A DNA stretch of 64,000 nt from a virus. Lineage: Duplodnaviria > Caudoviricetes. The position numbers were made by a program, and so were the translations under genes. How positions within the stretch are numbered: position 1 is the stretch's first letter; each line of letters opens with the position of its first letter. Below, piece after piece: positions 17,942-32,200 of the stretch. The notes under the pieces are model-generated. The model was not told the origin of the DNA. It worked only from the letters and a program-made list of their open reading frames with translations, and ran no database searches. The DNA is taken from IMG/VR virus record IMGVR_UViG_3300012667_000440, positions 1-64,000 of that record, one strand, 5' to 3'.

Positions 17942-19627
17942 TTAAATCCTAATAATATAATTGATTGTTATAGACCCGGTAGCAGTTAACGGAGTCAAAT
18001 TAGGAACTTGAAATGTTCCTGGAGCTGTAGATCCATACTTAATACCAATTACGGAAAATAAGGAATTATAGGTACCACTTTGATTATATGATGCGCCATT
18101 ACAAAGTGCCCAACCAGTTGGAATTGTATCTCCTGCCCATGATATTATCATACCAGAAGATGCTAATCCGGGAGTTATGTCTGCAAGGAAGTTAGTTTTT
18201 GTAACTTTATATAGAGTGTCAACTCCATTTGTTACTGCAAGACAAAACGATCCACCGACTGTAGAAGTAGATACTTGATCGTTAACAATCTTATGTGTTG
18301 CAGTGGTGTTAAATGTAACAGATTGAGTACCATTAAAAGAAACATTAATTGATTCAATTTGTCCTGTTAAATTAAAATTTCTAGATGATGACAATCTGTT
18401 GGCAGATGTTGCAGTACCGTTAACTGCTGACGCATCAACAGTAGTGGCATAAATTGTATCATATCTTGCGCTAGTTGATCCTAAATTACTAGAATCATTA
18501 GTTGGCAAAATGTTTCTAGAATATACAGTTCCAACAAATGTCGATGTGCCGCTTACAGACAAGGGCCCGGTAATAGTAGCTGTGCTGTTTGCTATTAGTT
18601 CTTTTCCCACTGTAAGAGAACTAGTTAAGGTCGTTGCTTCCGACACTTTCATCGAACCTTTAACATCTAATGTAGATTCAGGGTTATCAGAAGTGAGTCC
18701 TATTCCAACTTTTTGTGTTCCGCCACTTATTGTTAATAGGGCTTGCGGAACTCCAGATGTATCATTGATTGATAATTTAATTTTGGATCCGGGACTTATG
18801 CTAGAAATAGCAGCATCGTTACCCGATTTTTGTAACAAAAATGTAGAAGTAGTTGCGCCAATTCGAAGACCAGTATTATTATCAATAACAAGACTTTCTT
18901 TTAATGACTGCGGAATATCTTTTCTAAGAAAGAAATTTGAAGATACTGATTGAGATACTGGGACAGTTACTCTTAGTGCAGATGCTTCTGTTGCTACGCC
19001 ATAAAGTTTAGCAGTTGTAGAGTCAAATGTTTTTGAGCTGAAATTCAATCCCGGAATTAAATTATCAAATCCTTCAATTACTGATAAAGGTTTAAATGAT
19101 TCTTTTGCTAAAACTGTTAAAACTTCTCCATTCAAATAACTTAATATAACCGAATGATCTGCTCCGTCAGTTCCTCTAATTGTAGCATTGTCGTAACCAG
19201 TTTGATTACCTTGTGTAAAGTCAGATCCAATAGTAACCCAAGTCGGGCCCGGGCCACTGCAAATTTTAATTTGCATAGTGATAGTGTTGACCCAAACATC
19301 TCCTAATTTAGCAGTAGTGGGTTCATCAGCCTGTTGATAAATTCCGTTTATTGGTTGCCAAGTAGATTCATCTAAGATTCTCAATACCTTAGCAGAACTG
19401 TTGCTAGTGTCGTACCATAATTGCCCTTCAACTGGATTTGCAGGAGCAGTTGAATTAGAGAAGTTCTCTAAGAGATGTAAAAAATTCTGAGCAACTGTTG
19501 ATCCGTAGCCAGGAGCGTTAGGGCCTAATAGGCTAAGACTTGTACTAATACGATCAATAGTGCCAGGGGCAATTTCAATTGAACCGTTTTCAATACGATT
19601 AGAAAAATCTATAGTGTATCCGTTCAT
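17942..19627 (-). CDS. Tail fibre protein with C-terminal tail-collar domain
   Basis: Shared N-terminus; GMIISWAG..IPTGWALCNG...LFSVIG..YG....FQVPNL. Confidence 0.8.
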   Translation of the reverse strand: MNGYTIDFSNRIENGSIEIAPGTIDRISTSLSLLGPNAPGYGSTVAQNFLHLLENFSNSTAPANPVEGQLWYDTSNSSAKVLRILDESTWQPINGIYQQADEPTTAKLGDVWVNTITMQIKICSGPGPTWVTIGSDFTQGNQTGYDNATIRGTDGADHSVILSYLNGEVLTVLAKESFKPLSVIEGFDNLIPGLNFSSKTFDSTTAKLYGVATEASALRVTVPVSQSVSSNFFLRKDIPQSLKESLVIDNNTGLRIGATTSTFLLQKSGNDAAISSISPGSKIKLSINDTSGVPQALLTISGGTQKVGIGLTSDNPESTLDVKGSMKVSEATTLTSSLTVGKELIANSTATITGPLSVSGTSTFVGTVYSRNILPTNDSSNLGSTSARYDTIYATTVDASAVNGTATSANRLSSSRNFNLTGQIESINVSFNGTQSVTFNTTATHKIVNDQVSTSTVGGSFCLAVTNGVDTLYKVTKTNFLADITPGLASSGMIISWAGDTIPTGWALCNGASYNQSGTYNSLFSVIGIKYGSTAPGTFQVPNLTPLTATGSITINYIIRI

Positions 19628-19629
19628 TT

Positions 19630-20298
19630 TTAAATTCCATTAGTAAGACTTTGAATTCTTACAGTATAATCAATCTGAATCATTCTGTTCAACGATTTTT
19701 GCACAGGATGGAAAATAACGTGTGTTAATAATGGTCCTAAATTTTGTCCTTCAGAACTATATCCCCTCAGGCCCAGCTCATCAAAAACAAAATTACCACT
19801 ATTGTTAACACTGGTATCAAATGCATCTTGGCCATTAGGCTCGCCAAAATCTAGCAAACAACTTACTAATACATCAGAGTAGTATGTACCTGCAATATGT
19901 CTCACTTGCATAAAATTTCTATCAGGATCAACGTCATATACGCTCTGTCCATCAACTGCTTTGTAATACTTTTGATTATAAAGTGCAGCATTTGTACCAG
20001 AAACGTTAGGAGTTAAGTAGGTAATAATACCAGTGGTATCAACACGACTACCGCCATTTCCGAATACCATTTCGGCAATAAAACCTTTACCGGTGTTTGC
20101 AATACTGTTAGCAAGAGCTATGCTAAAATTTTCGTAATGAATTGCATTTCTTTTATCTATAAACACTTCTTTAGTTTGAGGATCATATATTTTAATATGA
20201 CCCTGTATGCTTACAGACCCCTGCTCGTTAGGTTTTTTAGAATTTTGCGTATTAGTTTGCATGTTTTCTTTCATTTTGTTGTTCTCAGAGTTGTCCAT
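19630..20298 (-). CDS. Conserved baseplate-region structural protein
   Basis: 222 aa ORF in the structural operon; TAAATA box at 20304-20309; alternative start at 20274. Confidence 0.75.
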   Translation of the reverse strand: MDNSENNKMKENMQTNTQNSKKPNEQGSVSIQGHIKIYDPQTKEVFIDKRNAIHYENFSIALANSIANTGKGFIAEMVFGNGGSRVDTTGIITYLTPNVSGTNAALYNQKYYKAVDGQSVYDVDPDRNFMQVRHIAGTYYSDVLVSCLLDFGEPNGQDAFDTSVNNSGNFVFDELGLRGYSSEGQNLGPLLTHVIFHPVQKSLNRMIQIDYTVRIQSLTNGI

Positions 20299-23200
20299 AG
20301 TGATATTTATCCGGTAAGGTGGCCGGGTTATCTCTCAAGAAATTAGCTTGAATACTTCGATCATTTATTAATGAATCAGTGCTATCATACCAATCAGTTG
20401 CAGTAGTATGCACAATAACTAAATTTGTACCCGAAGTAATTGTATCTAAATTCAAGTTCAAGGTGTAATTTGTGCCAGAAATTGCAATAGTAAATTGAGG
20501 TTCTAATACAATATCGCTACTAATTCCTAGAGAATTAACTTCACCACTGTCAAATGCAATCGACGAATCGTGCATTGTTAGAATGTTAGTCGATGTTGTA
20601 GGCTTTCTTAATAATATACCACCGTAATAAACTTCAACTTGATCAGTTGCGGTTGTTAAGGTGCTAAGTCCAAGATTTCCAAAAGAATATGAAGTTGCAG
20701 TTGTTGTCGCAGTAGTATAAAGTTTACGAGTCTCTTTAAACGGAATTGTTTGGAATCTACCTTGGTCAATTAACATAGTTCCTGCTGGATAATAATCTCT
20801 AGCAGCAGTTCCCAATGTTGCACGTTTTAGATTGCTAAGAGTATTATTTGCAATTGTTAGATACTCGATTCGTTCTCCGTTGATCAATACTACACCAGGA
20901 ATCTGTTTTAGGAGATTTGGAACAGGTAAAACTGCACTATTTTCTACGTGTATTTCTGTAGAAGTTGTATACAGAGGAGCCGTTAATTGAGTAGAGTTTG
21001 AACTACCTAATCTCTTAAAGTGGGTACGATCCAATATATCTTTGAATATTCTATATCCGAGCACTGCATCATCTACAACATCAGTCATACTAACAATAAC
21101 AACGTCAGCAGTAGGATCAAATGGATAGTTTTCATTAACTACTACTGTTTTTCCATCCGAATCAATGTAATAATCAAATCCATTAATTAACGAGTCACCT
21201 GCAATAGATACCCATACATAATTATCGTTAATTAAAGTTCTGCTGATAGGATAACGTCTAGATATTCTCGATTGGAATACTTCTGTTCTAATCTGAGAAC
21301 CAGTATGATTTGTATAGGTTATCACCTTCAACATATCTCCAGAAACGAAGATAATATGAGGGAAATAAATCTTACCGCCTGTAATATAGTAGTCACTATA
21401 CACAATATTAGTGATCGCTAAGACATCTCCATTTTTTAAGAAGCCTGGCTTAAATTCAATTATTTGATTTGTTTGATCTAAAATAAAATCAATTCCGTTT
21501 CTAATTCGAATTCCATTAACGTGAACTTCTAAAGATGCAAGGTCGAATACACCTGCAGGATATTCATTATTAGGATCAATATCAAATAACTGCTGATCGT
21601 TGGCTACCGAGTAATATGTAGAATTTGGCGGAGTTAGTCTCTTACCGTTGAGTTCAACTACTGCATTAGCATGTGCTGGTCCAATTGTACCAGGGAATTG
21701 AGACAATACAAATGACGAGGTCGAACCATCTGGATAAAATCTTTCTTCCTTAACTTCACTGTATCCTTTATAATCTTCTGCAAAGAACCATGCTTGTAAA
21801 GTATTAGTACCAGAACTGATTCCAGTTACAGTAACTCTTCCACGCTTGTTATTATTACTAATAGTGGATAGAGTATATTCAGAAGTTGCTAGAGTTTTTC
21901 CATTTAAACTTACATACACACTACCTATATCGCTTAACAACGCTTCGGCATCAACTGTAACTTTAGTTGCATTAGAAACAGTAGTATAATCAGATGATAT
22001 AAATCCAATTCCGCCAATACCTACTCCTGTAATTGCCAACAGTCCAGTAGTTGTCTGCGTAGACACCGTTAATACTTTATTAGTAATATTAACAGTGTAA
22101 TCAGTGCCATAATCCAAAATTTGATTATTAAACGACACCATTAATGTTCCAGTGTTCGGAGGCATCATACTCAGAGAGATATCAGTTGTGCTGGTAGTAG
22201 ATGATATAGTATACATTGTCTGAGTCACTAATGGAGATCCACTAGGTGCTCTGGTATATACACTAATACCCACACTTTCTAGAACTTGTCCCGGGACAAG
22301 TTCTTCAGGTCCATGACTCACCCTTGGAGAAACAAAAGAATCACCATCTAATGTTACATCAGACGGATTAACTCCTGTGATATTAGTAAAAGTTCCGCCA
22401 GTTATAATAGTATCGATATCAATCTCTAACGGATCACCAGTAGTCAATGTAATGTATGCAGTTGCAGTAGTTCCACTCGACGGAGAATCTATTACCACTT
22501 GCGGAGCAGATGTATATCCACTTCCGTAATTTGTAAATTCTAATCTTTCAATTTTTCCATGTAACACAAATGCAACTGCGGTTGCAGTTACAATGACAGA
22601 AGATGATGTATCATTACCTGTTGGAATTATGCTTATATCAGTAAAAGTAGTTAATGTATTATAATAATCAGGCAAGTATCCACTACCCGGATTATCTATT
22701 ACTATCTCCATTGGCTCGTTTGCACTCCAAGCTGATTCAGTGAAGTTAAGCATGTCCCAGTTAGCAGAATAATTCAACGGCAAAGTTTCTATTTGAACAC
22801 CTGGGTAATCAACACCCATCATTAATTGCCCAGGATCAGATCCTGGCATTCCGCTAGATGGAGCATAGAATTCATCAACTCGATCAACTGCATTATATAA
22901 TCCAATATTCTTATGATATGTAACATCCAATACTTGCCCAATAGCAGGAGTATAAGACAACACTACTTTAGAATACTTTTTATAGTATCCATTAAACAGC
23001 TCAGTGTAATTAACAATTTTGTAATCAGCTGCTAAAACGGTTATGCCATCGACTCTAATGTCAACTAAAGATCGTTTGCTCTCAGCTGCCCAAGTTAATT
23101 TAAATTCAAGAGTATTTCCATCGCAGAAATAACTATCAGAATATTGATTATTGCCAATTTCTCTTGTAGAAGAAATTCTGTCAAACTTAATATCAATCTT

Positions 23201-26200
23201 ATTAGATCTAACTTTTCCATTTGTCATTGTAGCATAGGCAGTAGCACTAACAAGATCAGTCGGGCCGCCGCCCACTAACAATACTGTAGGTGTTTGCGTA
23301 TATCCGCTTCCAGGGTTTGTAATTTCAATATCAATAACTTTACCTAATGAAATATACGCCTCAGCAGTTGCACCCAACCCAGTATCGCCTGCGGCTGCAA
23401 TAATTTCTACACGAGGGGCAGATGTATATCCACTACCTTGACTCATAATTTTAATTGATTCAACAGTAAGTTTATAATTATCGGCCCATGCTTTTCTAGG
23501 ATATTCGTTTAGCAACGGATTATCTAACGACATAGGAACAAATGCAGCAGTCTCTGTGTCATAAATTGGGGCTAGATCAAAATCAGTCGTGTAAGAACGA
23601 GTAGGTTCTATAACCTCGTAATCAACTTGGAAATTTCTAATCTTTGTGTGATAAGGTTTAATTTCATTTAGATAGTCTTCATAGTATTGGCTATTTTGAA
23701 ATTTATAAACAGGACGCTGGTCTAATTCTCCTGCCATATTTCTAACATTAATGAACGAAGTCTTGAATGCCCAATCTAAGAATTTCTGCTCGCTCATTGC
23801 ATAACGCACCGATTTAAAGAATAAATTATTCCAGCAGATTTTTAAAGTCCCAACAAAAATATCATTTTTAACAGCAGATAATACATTTGCTAATTCAATT
23901 TCAGGTGATTGATCAAACCAACTTTGATCAAATGTTAATTGATAATCAAAATTATAAGAAGAATTATCTTTATTCCACAAGGCTTCAACAATTTTAATTG
24001 TTCCGTTTTCACAATACATTAGATCATAATTATTACTAAATGTACCATTACTAGAAACATTTTTCAATACGATATACTTTCCGTTTCCTTGGTTGTTAAC
24101 TTTAACATAATCTCCAACATTTAAAGTTAACGTGTCGAGTAAATGAGGTTGATCAACTGTGGCAGATAAAGGTTTTAAACTGTCATAATCAGTTGACACC
24201 CAATCGACATAATTCCAATATTTGGTAGTATCATACTGTTGAGTATATACTATACTCCATACTCGATTAATGTAATGATATTTGGCCCATACGTTATTAA
24301 TTGTAGCATCTGATCTAACAATAACAGTATAAGGTCTTACCATTAACACAGGAGCTACTGAAAATTGCTGGCCAGGATTAATAATTTCAGCAGAGATAAT
24401 CTCACCAGATTCGTTTATACTAGTCTTAATAACTGCACCGGATTCATTTCCAATAATTTCAACTGTTGGCGGATTGATATACCCGTGCCCAGGATCAGTA
24501 ATAATTACTGAAGAAATTTTTCCATTCAATACAGTGCAATTCATAGATGCAGTTCTTAAACCGCCGGTTACGATAAATGCTAATCCTTCGTTGTCATCAA
24601 CTACAAGATCATATTCTCCTGTATCTACAGGAGGAATTTCATCTTTAGAATTTAACATTGTAAAATCAACAAAGTTAGTAATTATGTTCTGCGACAACAC
24701 AGTATTAACGTATTCAAATGTATTTCTTAATGCAGCCAATCTGTTTTTAAACATTGTCTGTCTAGGACGAATTCCCACACCGTAACGAATTCTGTCAGAT
24801 AACTTAGGATCAGGAACTGGATTACCAATACTATCTTTACCTAATAAGCTGTCTAATAACTTCTTATCAAGTAAATTGTTTGGCATACTCAGCGCACTGT
24901 TTTCTTCCAATAGTAACCATTCAGTATGTCGATTGGAATCGTTATCAAATTCGTCAGTGGCAATGTTTAAATAGACCTTATCAGAATTCAATTGCGAAGT
25001 TACATTTGTAACCACTATTGCATTTGGCGCAATAACCGATATATATTTTGTTCCGTATAAACTAGGATCATAAATTAATCCAGCTACTTCACTTGCAGAT
25101 ATTTTTCTACCAGAAGTATCTGGTACAATAACTTTGTTCTTAACCCAGAAATAATAAATGTTAGTAGTAGACCCAGTTGTAGAATTAAAGTATTCTTTAA
25201 CACTGACAACAGAATTATCCGGATATTTTGGCTGACCACTGATACCTTTCATTAATCCTTCGGCAGTATCGGCAATGGCACTCCACTGACTTGGAAGATA
25301 TTCACTGCTGACCCATTCGTATACATCAATACTTGCACCCGGAAATAGAGTTCCCCAAACATTTTTTCTATACGAGATATCACCTTGCTCATACCATTGA
25401 TACTTAACAGAAGATAGATCCCACCATAGTTCTCCTAGGTGTTCGTCAATCCAGCTAGTTTCTGTATCTACTATTACATTGTTAACACCGATGCTGTATA
25501 CAGCTGGATCAAATGCAGTTTTGTATCTAATCTCTTGATCAGCAATTCCAGAAATTTTACCTTTAATAGGATCAATAATATCTAGATAATCTACAATAAC
25601 TTCATTAACAGAATCTACTGTCATTGATTTTTTAATTTTAGAAATATCAATTAAATCATCTTTAGATCTATATAATTCCCAACTAGAAATAGCAGAGTCG
25701 ATCTTATTAAATGTCACAATTTGACCAGAGTTACCTGGAGCACCTACGAAAATTTCAGTGCCTTTGACTATAGAAGTTTCTCCATACTCACTACCGTCAG
25801 ATAGCGAGCTAGCCAGTAACTCTTCAGCAAATACAAATAGCTCTTTATTTCTTTCAAATACAAATACACTTCCAGAATTCTTTGACTGAACAATAATGTT
25901 GCAAGTTTCAGCATCAAACGTAGTGTCTCCGTTATCAAATTCTAATACACTAGATACAGCAGTGCCTTGTGCAGTCACTACTAAAGTAGTATTTGAATCA
26001 TTAATAGATAAAGAAATTCCAAAGTCTACAGAAGTTGTAGGATTGTTAATTGTCTGTATCAATTCGTAAACATTAGAATTATTTTTGTAAATAAAAACTT
26101 TTCCAGTTTGTCCTGCTTTAGTGCCCGCGATTGTAGATGCTACAATTAAATAAGCACCGTTGTCAGACATTATTACAGAAGAACCAAATTTATCTCCGAA

Positions 26201-29200
26201 CTCACAAACACTAGGAGGAACAATTGTCTGTGCAGGAGAGGTTAAGTTAGTTGCAGTATAGACATAAACTAATCCAGCATTGTTTTCAGGAGCAGATATA
26301 GCAAAGATGCTGCCATCAGCAGTTCCGCTAACTGCTGCACCGAACGATGTTCCCGTTGTAGAAACAATTGTAGCAGTCGAAGTTATCGAAGTGGTGCTAG
26401 TTGTAATAGATAAAGAATAAGAGTAAACAGTATCTTGTCCAGGAGCACCTACTAGTAGAAGTTTGCTAGTAGCAGTTGTCTTACTTACATAAATGCTCGA
26501 GCCAAATAAAGCATTGTTTGCAGGATTTGGATTAGTCATCGTGGCAAGAACTTCTTCTGCTGGGAAACTTTGTGTTGTATCAACTGTTGAGATTTTTACA
26601 AATCCTTCATTTAGATAGGTATTAGCACCTACTAAACTTGCATTCGGTGCTCCTACAAATATAGCGTTTGTAGAAGTATCGTATACTAACGCTGATCCAA
26701 ACTTTGAAATATTTGTACCGGTGTAATAAGTTTCTAAACCATTAGGACTATAATTTGTTACAGGAGTAAACGTGCCTTCATTATATGAATATACAAATAT
26801 TCTACCTAGTGCAACATCAGTATCATTAAAATAGTTAGGAGCAGATACAACAACTATATCAGAATCAGATGGTGATGATATTCTATATCCAAACTGTTGA
26901 TCAGCTTGATTTAACCCGTTATTTTTTACAGACAGAGGTTGATAGTTAGTAGTCTTTTTATAAACTTGCCAATTTTCTAAATCTTCAGAATTGTCTATCC
27001 AAACACAATCACCTTCTTGAAAGTTTATATATTGCTGAAGATCTGCAATTTTATCAAAGTCTCCGTTTTCGACTCTAACACTTGCAAATGTAAACAATAA
27101 TGCAGATGTAGTAGACTCCGATGTAGAAACTAAAGTTGTATCGGCAGTAAAAGTTGTAAGAGATGGAATATCTTTTACAATATACACACCGTCGGTTAAG
27201 TTATCTAACCCAGTCACTGATACAATATCGCCAACAGATAAATTATGGAATTTATTGGTAGTAAAGTTTATGGTTGATCCAGGTGTTAATATGTTTGACG
27301 CAACAACATCTGTAGGCAACTTAGTATAACGATAGACATCCCACTGACCGTCATCTCTAAATCCTAACCAAATAGTATTTCCTTCTTTTATACTTCCGTT
27401 ATTTGCAATATCTAATAAACTGTTTTTGTTATAAGCAGTTGCAGTAACATCATCAGCTCTAACATATCCGGCAACCGGAAGAATGACATCATCGGTGGTA
27501 GAAGTAACTGCAAACACAGCGTCCGAAGAATAATCGTCAGTCTTAATCGTAAATTCAGAAGGATTGATATAAGATAGAGAATCATTAGTAACAGGAGTTA
27601 CATCTACAAATTTTACAATTTGAGAATTTTCAATAAATTCGTTTTCCTTTAATGGAAATTCAATTTCTTTATAAGAAGTGTAATTACCGTATGATCCTAC
27701 ACGGAATGCCCATTCTTCATTAAAATCAATTTGACCTTTAAGATTATGAATACTAGCTTTTGCTAATTTATCAATAGCATTGCGAGTTCCTTTTTCTTTA
27801 ATAAATCCTTGATAAAATTTATATTGAGCAATAGGGTTAATAAAGATATTATCTAGATAAGTTCTAGGAGTGTATCCAATAAGATGCTGTGCCATCTTTT
27901 GCTGACCTGCATCAAAGTTATCAATGTCTAAGCTATAAAAATCTTCAAACTGTTTGATCTTATAATCAAAGTTAGGAAATAATTGAGCAATTGGTTTAGT
28001 ACCCAATGGTGTCCAATTAGTAAAATCAAATGTAGCAGAGCCTACAATATTTTTATTAGCAGAATAATATTTTCCAACATATTTTACAACTTCAGCTACT
28101 TTATAATCAGTATATTGTTGCCAAGAAGCAATTTGTGCATCGTCGTAAATAAATCCAGGACTTAAGAAATCTCCGTTCCAATCCGCAGTTCTAAATCCTA
28201 TTAGCCTAATTCTGCTTTGACGATAGCCGGTATCAACATCATATATAGTGTCATTGAAGATACTTGCATTATTCAGTATAATTGCATGTTCTTTCTGAAC
28301 AAGATTTAATCTTGCAAAGAATAATCCGTCAACAGTATTCTTAGTGCGAATTGTGCAAACACCATCTTCTCTACTGAGATTAAAATTTTCCTTAGGATAA
28401 GATTGTCCATCAGCCTTCAACAGACTGTATTCGTAAAAACTATTAAGAACATTGTCTACTGTAGAGTCGATAAATTTGTATTTGATAGAATCTGCAAACG
28501 GACTTAGTGTGATTACTGAGCCGTCTGCCCAATTTTGTGTTGACCAATATAAAAATTCTTTTCCAGTAAATTCCCAGTTAATGACCTGACCTAGATCTTT
28601 ATTAAATTCGTCAAATATAAATCCTTGAGTAGTGAGCCAGTTTCCGTAACCTACTATAAAATCATAAACTTCTTGCAAAGTTGTATACTTTGTTCCATAC
28701 GGCACTAACACTTCATCAGTTTCAAAATTCGAAGAACCTAAAACACTAACTCCGCCAACGATCGGTAACTTAGATAAATTGCTGTAGTTTGAAGCTGTAA
28801 ATGCAGATCCACTATTATGACTTTTTACTACTCTATAATAAAGATTATTATAAGATACAATTTGTCCATCTTGATAAAACGCATTGGTCTTCCAAGTTAA
28901 GAATTTTTCAGATTTTCCACCAACTGTAACTACTGATCCTACAGTTTTTCGAATAGGAGTGTTAATGGTAAAATAAGGTGATCTCTTGTCGTATCCTTTA
29001 ATAACAAATTTTCCATTGTTCTTTTCTACAATAATTCCAGAGATTGCAGCCGACTTAACAGGTGCACTAACATTAAAATGTAATGTGTAATCTTCAGAAG
29101 GTAATAATACTCCAGGATTTGCACTGTTAGGATTGATAGAATCAATAATAAGATCTAATTTATCTTTACTTAAAAATCCAGCAGCTTTATAAAATAAATT

Positions 29201-32200
29201 AAAATCTACAGATGCTAAATCTTGTTTGAGATAACTTACATAGTCCAATCGACGTTGTTTTCCGCATTCAATAACCCATACACTATAACCAGCAGCTGAT
29301 AATAAATTGCCATTAACATCAACATCATCTTGCAATACGGCTTTCTTAGGATTTAAAAATACTTCATTTATACCGTAATTGTATTGACCAGTAATATCCT
29401 TTTTTAATCGACTTGTGTCAAACATCATTGCACAATAGTCAGCCGGTTTAGACAATGCTAAAATAGTTTGCACTGCAAATGGCCATAAGCTACTACGTCT
29501 CCAAGCGGTCTCAGCCGGACCGTGATCACCAAAGGACCAATCTTGATCAGTATCGATGATAGAATCATTTTGTGCCAATGCAGCCCATTCACGTATATCG
29601 ATTATATTCCCATATTCGTCGACTGGAATAATAGAACTAAGCCCGGTGCGGACATATGTAGAATCAATTCCTGCGCGAGGGCCTTGCCTAATAACACCGT
29701 TTTCTAAATCTTGCCATAAATTTAGATTACCAGATGTATATGGAGCCGGTCCGTATTCAGATTCCCACCACGTTGGCTTGATACTAAATCCTAACATTTC
29801 CCAAGGGTGTGTATCAGGGCGATCAGTATCAAAATAATATTTGTAAATTCCTCTCCAATTTCCAGGAATAGTTTTAGCAAAGATAGAATCAGTTGCAGAC
29901 TTGTAATTATAAGTCTTATGGTTGTTTATGTCATACGTAGAATTCTTAGAAAAATCAATTCCGTATACACTTGCCCATTTTAAGAAATCTCCCTGAACAA
30001 TATCATAAATTTTAGAGTAAGAATTATATTGAGTTCTAAATACGCCCGGTAAGACATCATGAATATCAATTAGAGTTTCATCATATGATGTTTTAAGATT
30101 ATTGTATATACGAATTTCGTATTCTAATAAAGCAAGATCTCTAAAATCATCCGCTTCGTTATAATCAGAATATGCACGAGTCAAACTTCCATCGTGCCCT
30201 TGAATAACTTTAACAGGGTTGTCAATATATGTGTAATCAATAAAAATACTAGGAATATATTTAGGATACAGCCCTAGCTTAGTAGGTGTAGGCGGAATAT
30301 ATGATCTGTCAGTTGATACATAATCTTTGATAAGAATTTCATCACCTTTATTAATAGGTGCGGAAATTAAAACACTCGAGTCATATTTTTCATATGTATA
30401 ATCAACACCATAAGTTAGTAGTGAATTGTTTAGGTATACTAAAACAGATCGATTGCTCAATACTGTATTATCAAATACAGATGTTATAGAATAATTTTTA
30501 TTACGGCTATCAGTTACTGTATAACGGCGAGTAACATTATTATTACCAAATCCAATCATATCGCTTCTGCTGTATGGGAATGTATTATTTTTATTCTGCA
30601 CAATCGTAGACATTGCGATATCTAGCACTTCTGCAGGAGATAATTGGCCGCCAACTTGAGAAATAAGTTTAATTAAATTTAGTTTAAATTGATAGTAATC
30701 AGTGCTAACTTGTCTAATAGAATTAATTACATTATGTTCTTCATTAGTAATAAAGCAATGTGCAAATGACAAAGGATTATTATTGCTTATTAAACGAGAT
30801 CCATATTTTGTAATATTAGGTAAACTCTTTAAATTACTAATACCAGGAAATACTCCATTAAACTTATCATCTCGCTCAACCATAGATTTAACATGGTCTG
30901 ATATTTCACTCAAAGTAATAGTAGTAATTTCAGAGTTTAATGCATTGTTTGTCAAGTTCAACGGCGTTTCATACACTCCTAAAGAATTAGGTGCTGTATC
31001 TGAATAGCACTTTAACAGCACTCTGATCGGAGTCGTTGTTCCATTTAATAATTTGTTAAAATTCACATGCAATTTTGAATTAGTATTAACTAATGTATAA
31101 TCAACTAACTGAGATTGCTTAACATCATTAACAAATACATCAACAGTTAAGTCAGAAATATATCCTGGTTTATCAAATACCGTAACTTCAATTTGACTAA
31201 TTTCTGTAGTAACTACTTGAAATTGCAATACTGGAATTTGATATGTTTCTGCAGGAGTCCATACGTTTATATATTCAGGAGTGCTTTTATTAATTTTTAA
31301 ATAAGAAGTATATGTAGGAATCTGTATTATATTGGTAGATTCAACTATTGATATAGTTTCTGTGCCAAAATAATTATTAAAAAGATATGTACCTTCTAAG
31401 CCAAGATTATTATAATACTGTAAAGGAAATCCTAGCACAGGATCAGCAGTTCCTGTACCTACAACATATCCAAATAATTTAGTTCCTTGAAACTCAGAGT
31501 TATAGTAGGTAGGATTACTATAACTGTAACCATTTTTATCAAATAGATCAAATAAGGGGGCTTGATTTCTAACTGTTCGAGTTTGAGATAGCACCCAATT
31601 AGATCCGTTAAACCACCAGCCAGTTCCTGCATAAACATCACCGCTATTAATAACAATACCATCTCCAGAAACCGGAGTAGCTACTTCTGTTAAGTTTATT
31701 CTTTCTTTCCCGTCTATATTGCTAATCGATACTTCGAAGATTTTTCCATTAACTAACGGATCTTTGTCAGCATTAAAAACAACCTTAAAACCAGGATCTA
31801 AACGAACTTCGTCTACATAATATCCGACAGATTGCTCTACATCAGAAAATACATCTGTTGTAATATTATCAATTAGATCAACTGAGTCTATTGCATTTGA
31901 ACCAAAATTATGCAATTGCATGTCCGGAATAAATTCAATTATAGGACGAGCAGCACGCTTATCTTGAGGATATTCAGGATTAGCTGATCCATTTACTTCT
32001 GCAGATGTTTTAATAACGTCACCATGGAACCAACGATTATAACGAGTCCAAGGATTTAAATCTTTACTAGATTTGTTAATTGTTATATATTCAGGAACTA
32101 AAGGAATATTTTTAAAATTATCAAATGCAAATTCGTCAAAAGGTTTTTCATCAAAGTTTGTATCGTAGAGTGTTCCTAAAGTATCCGGAGATGTTAATTT

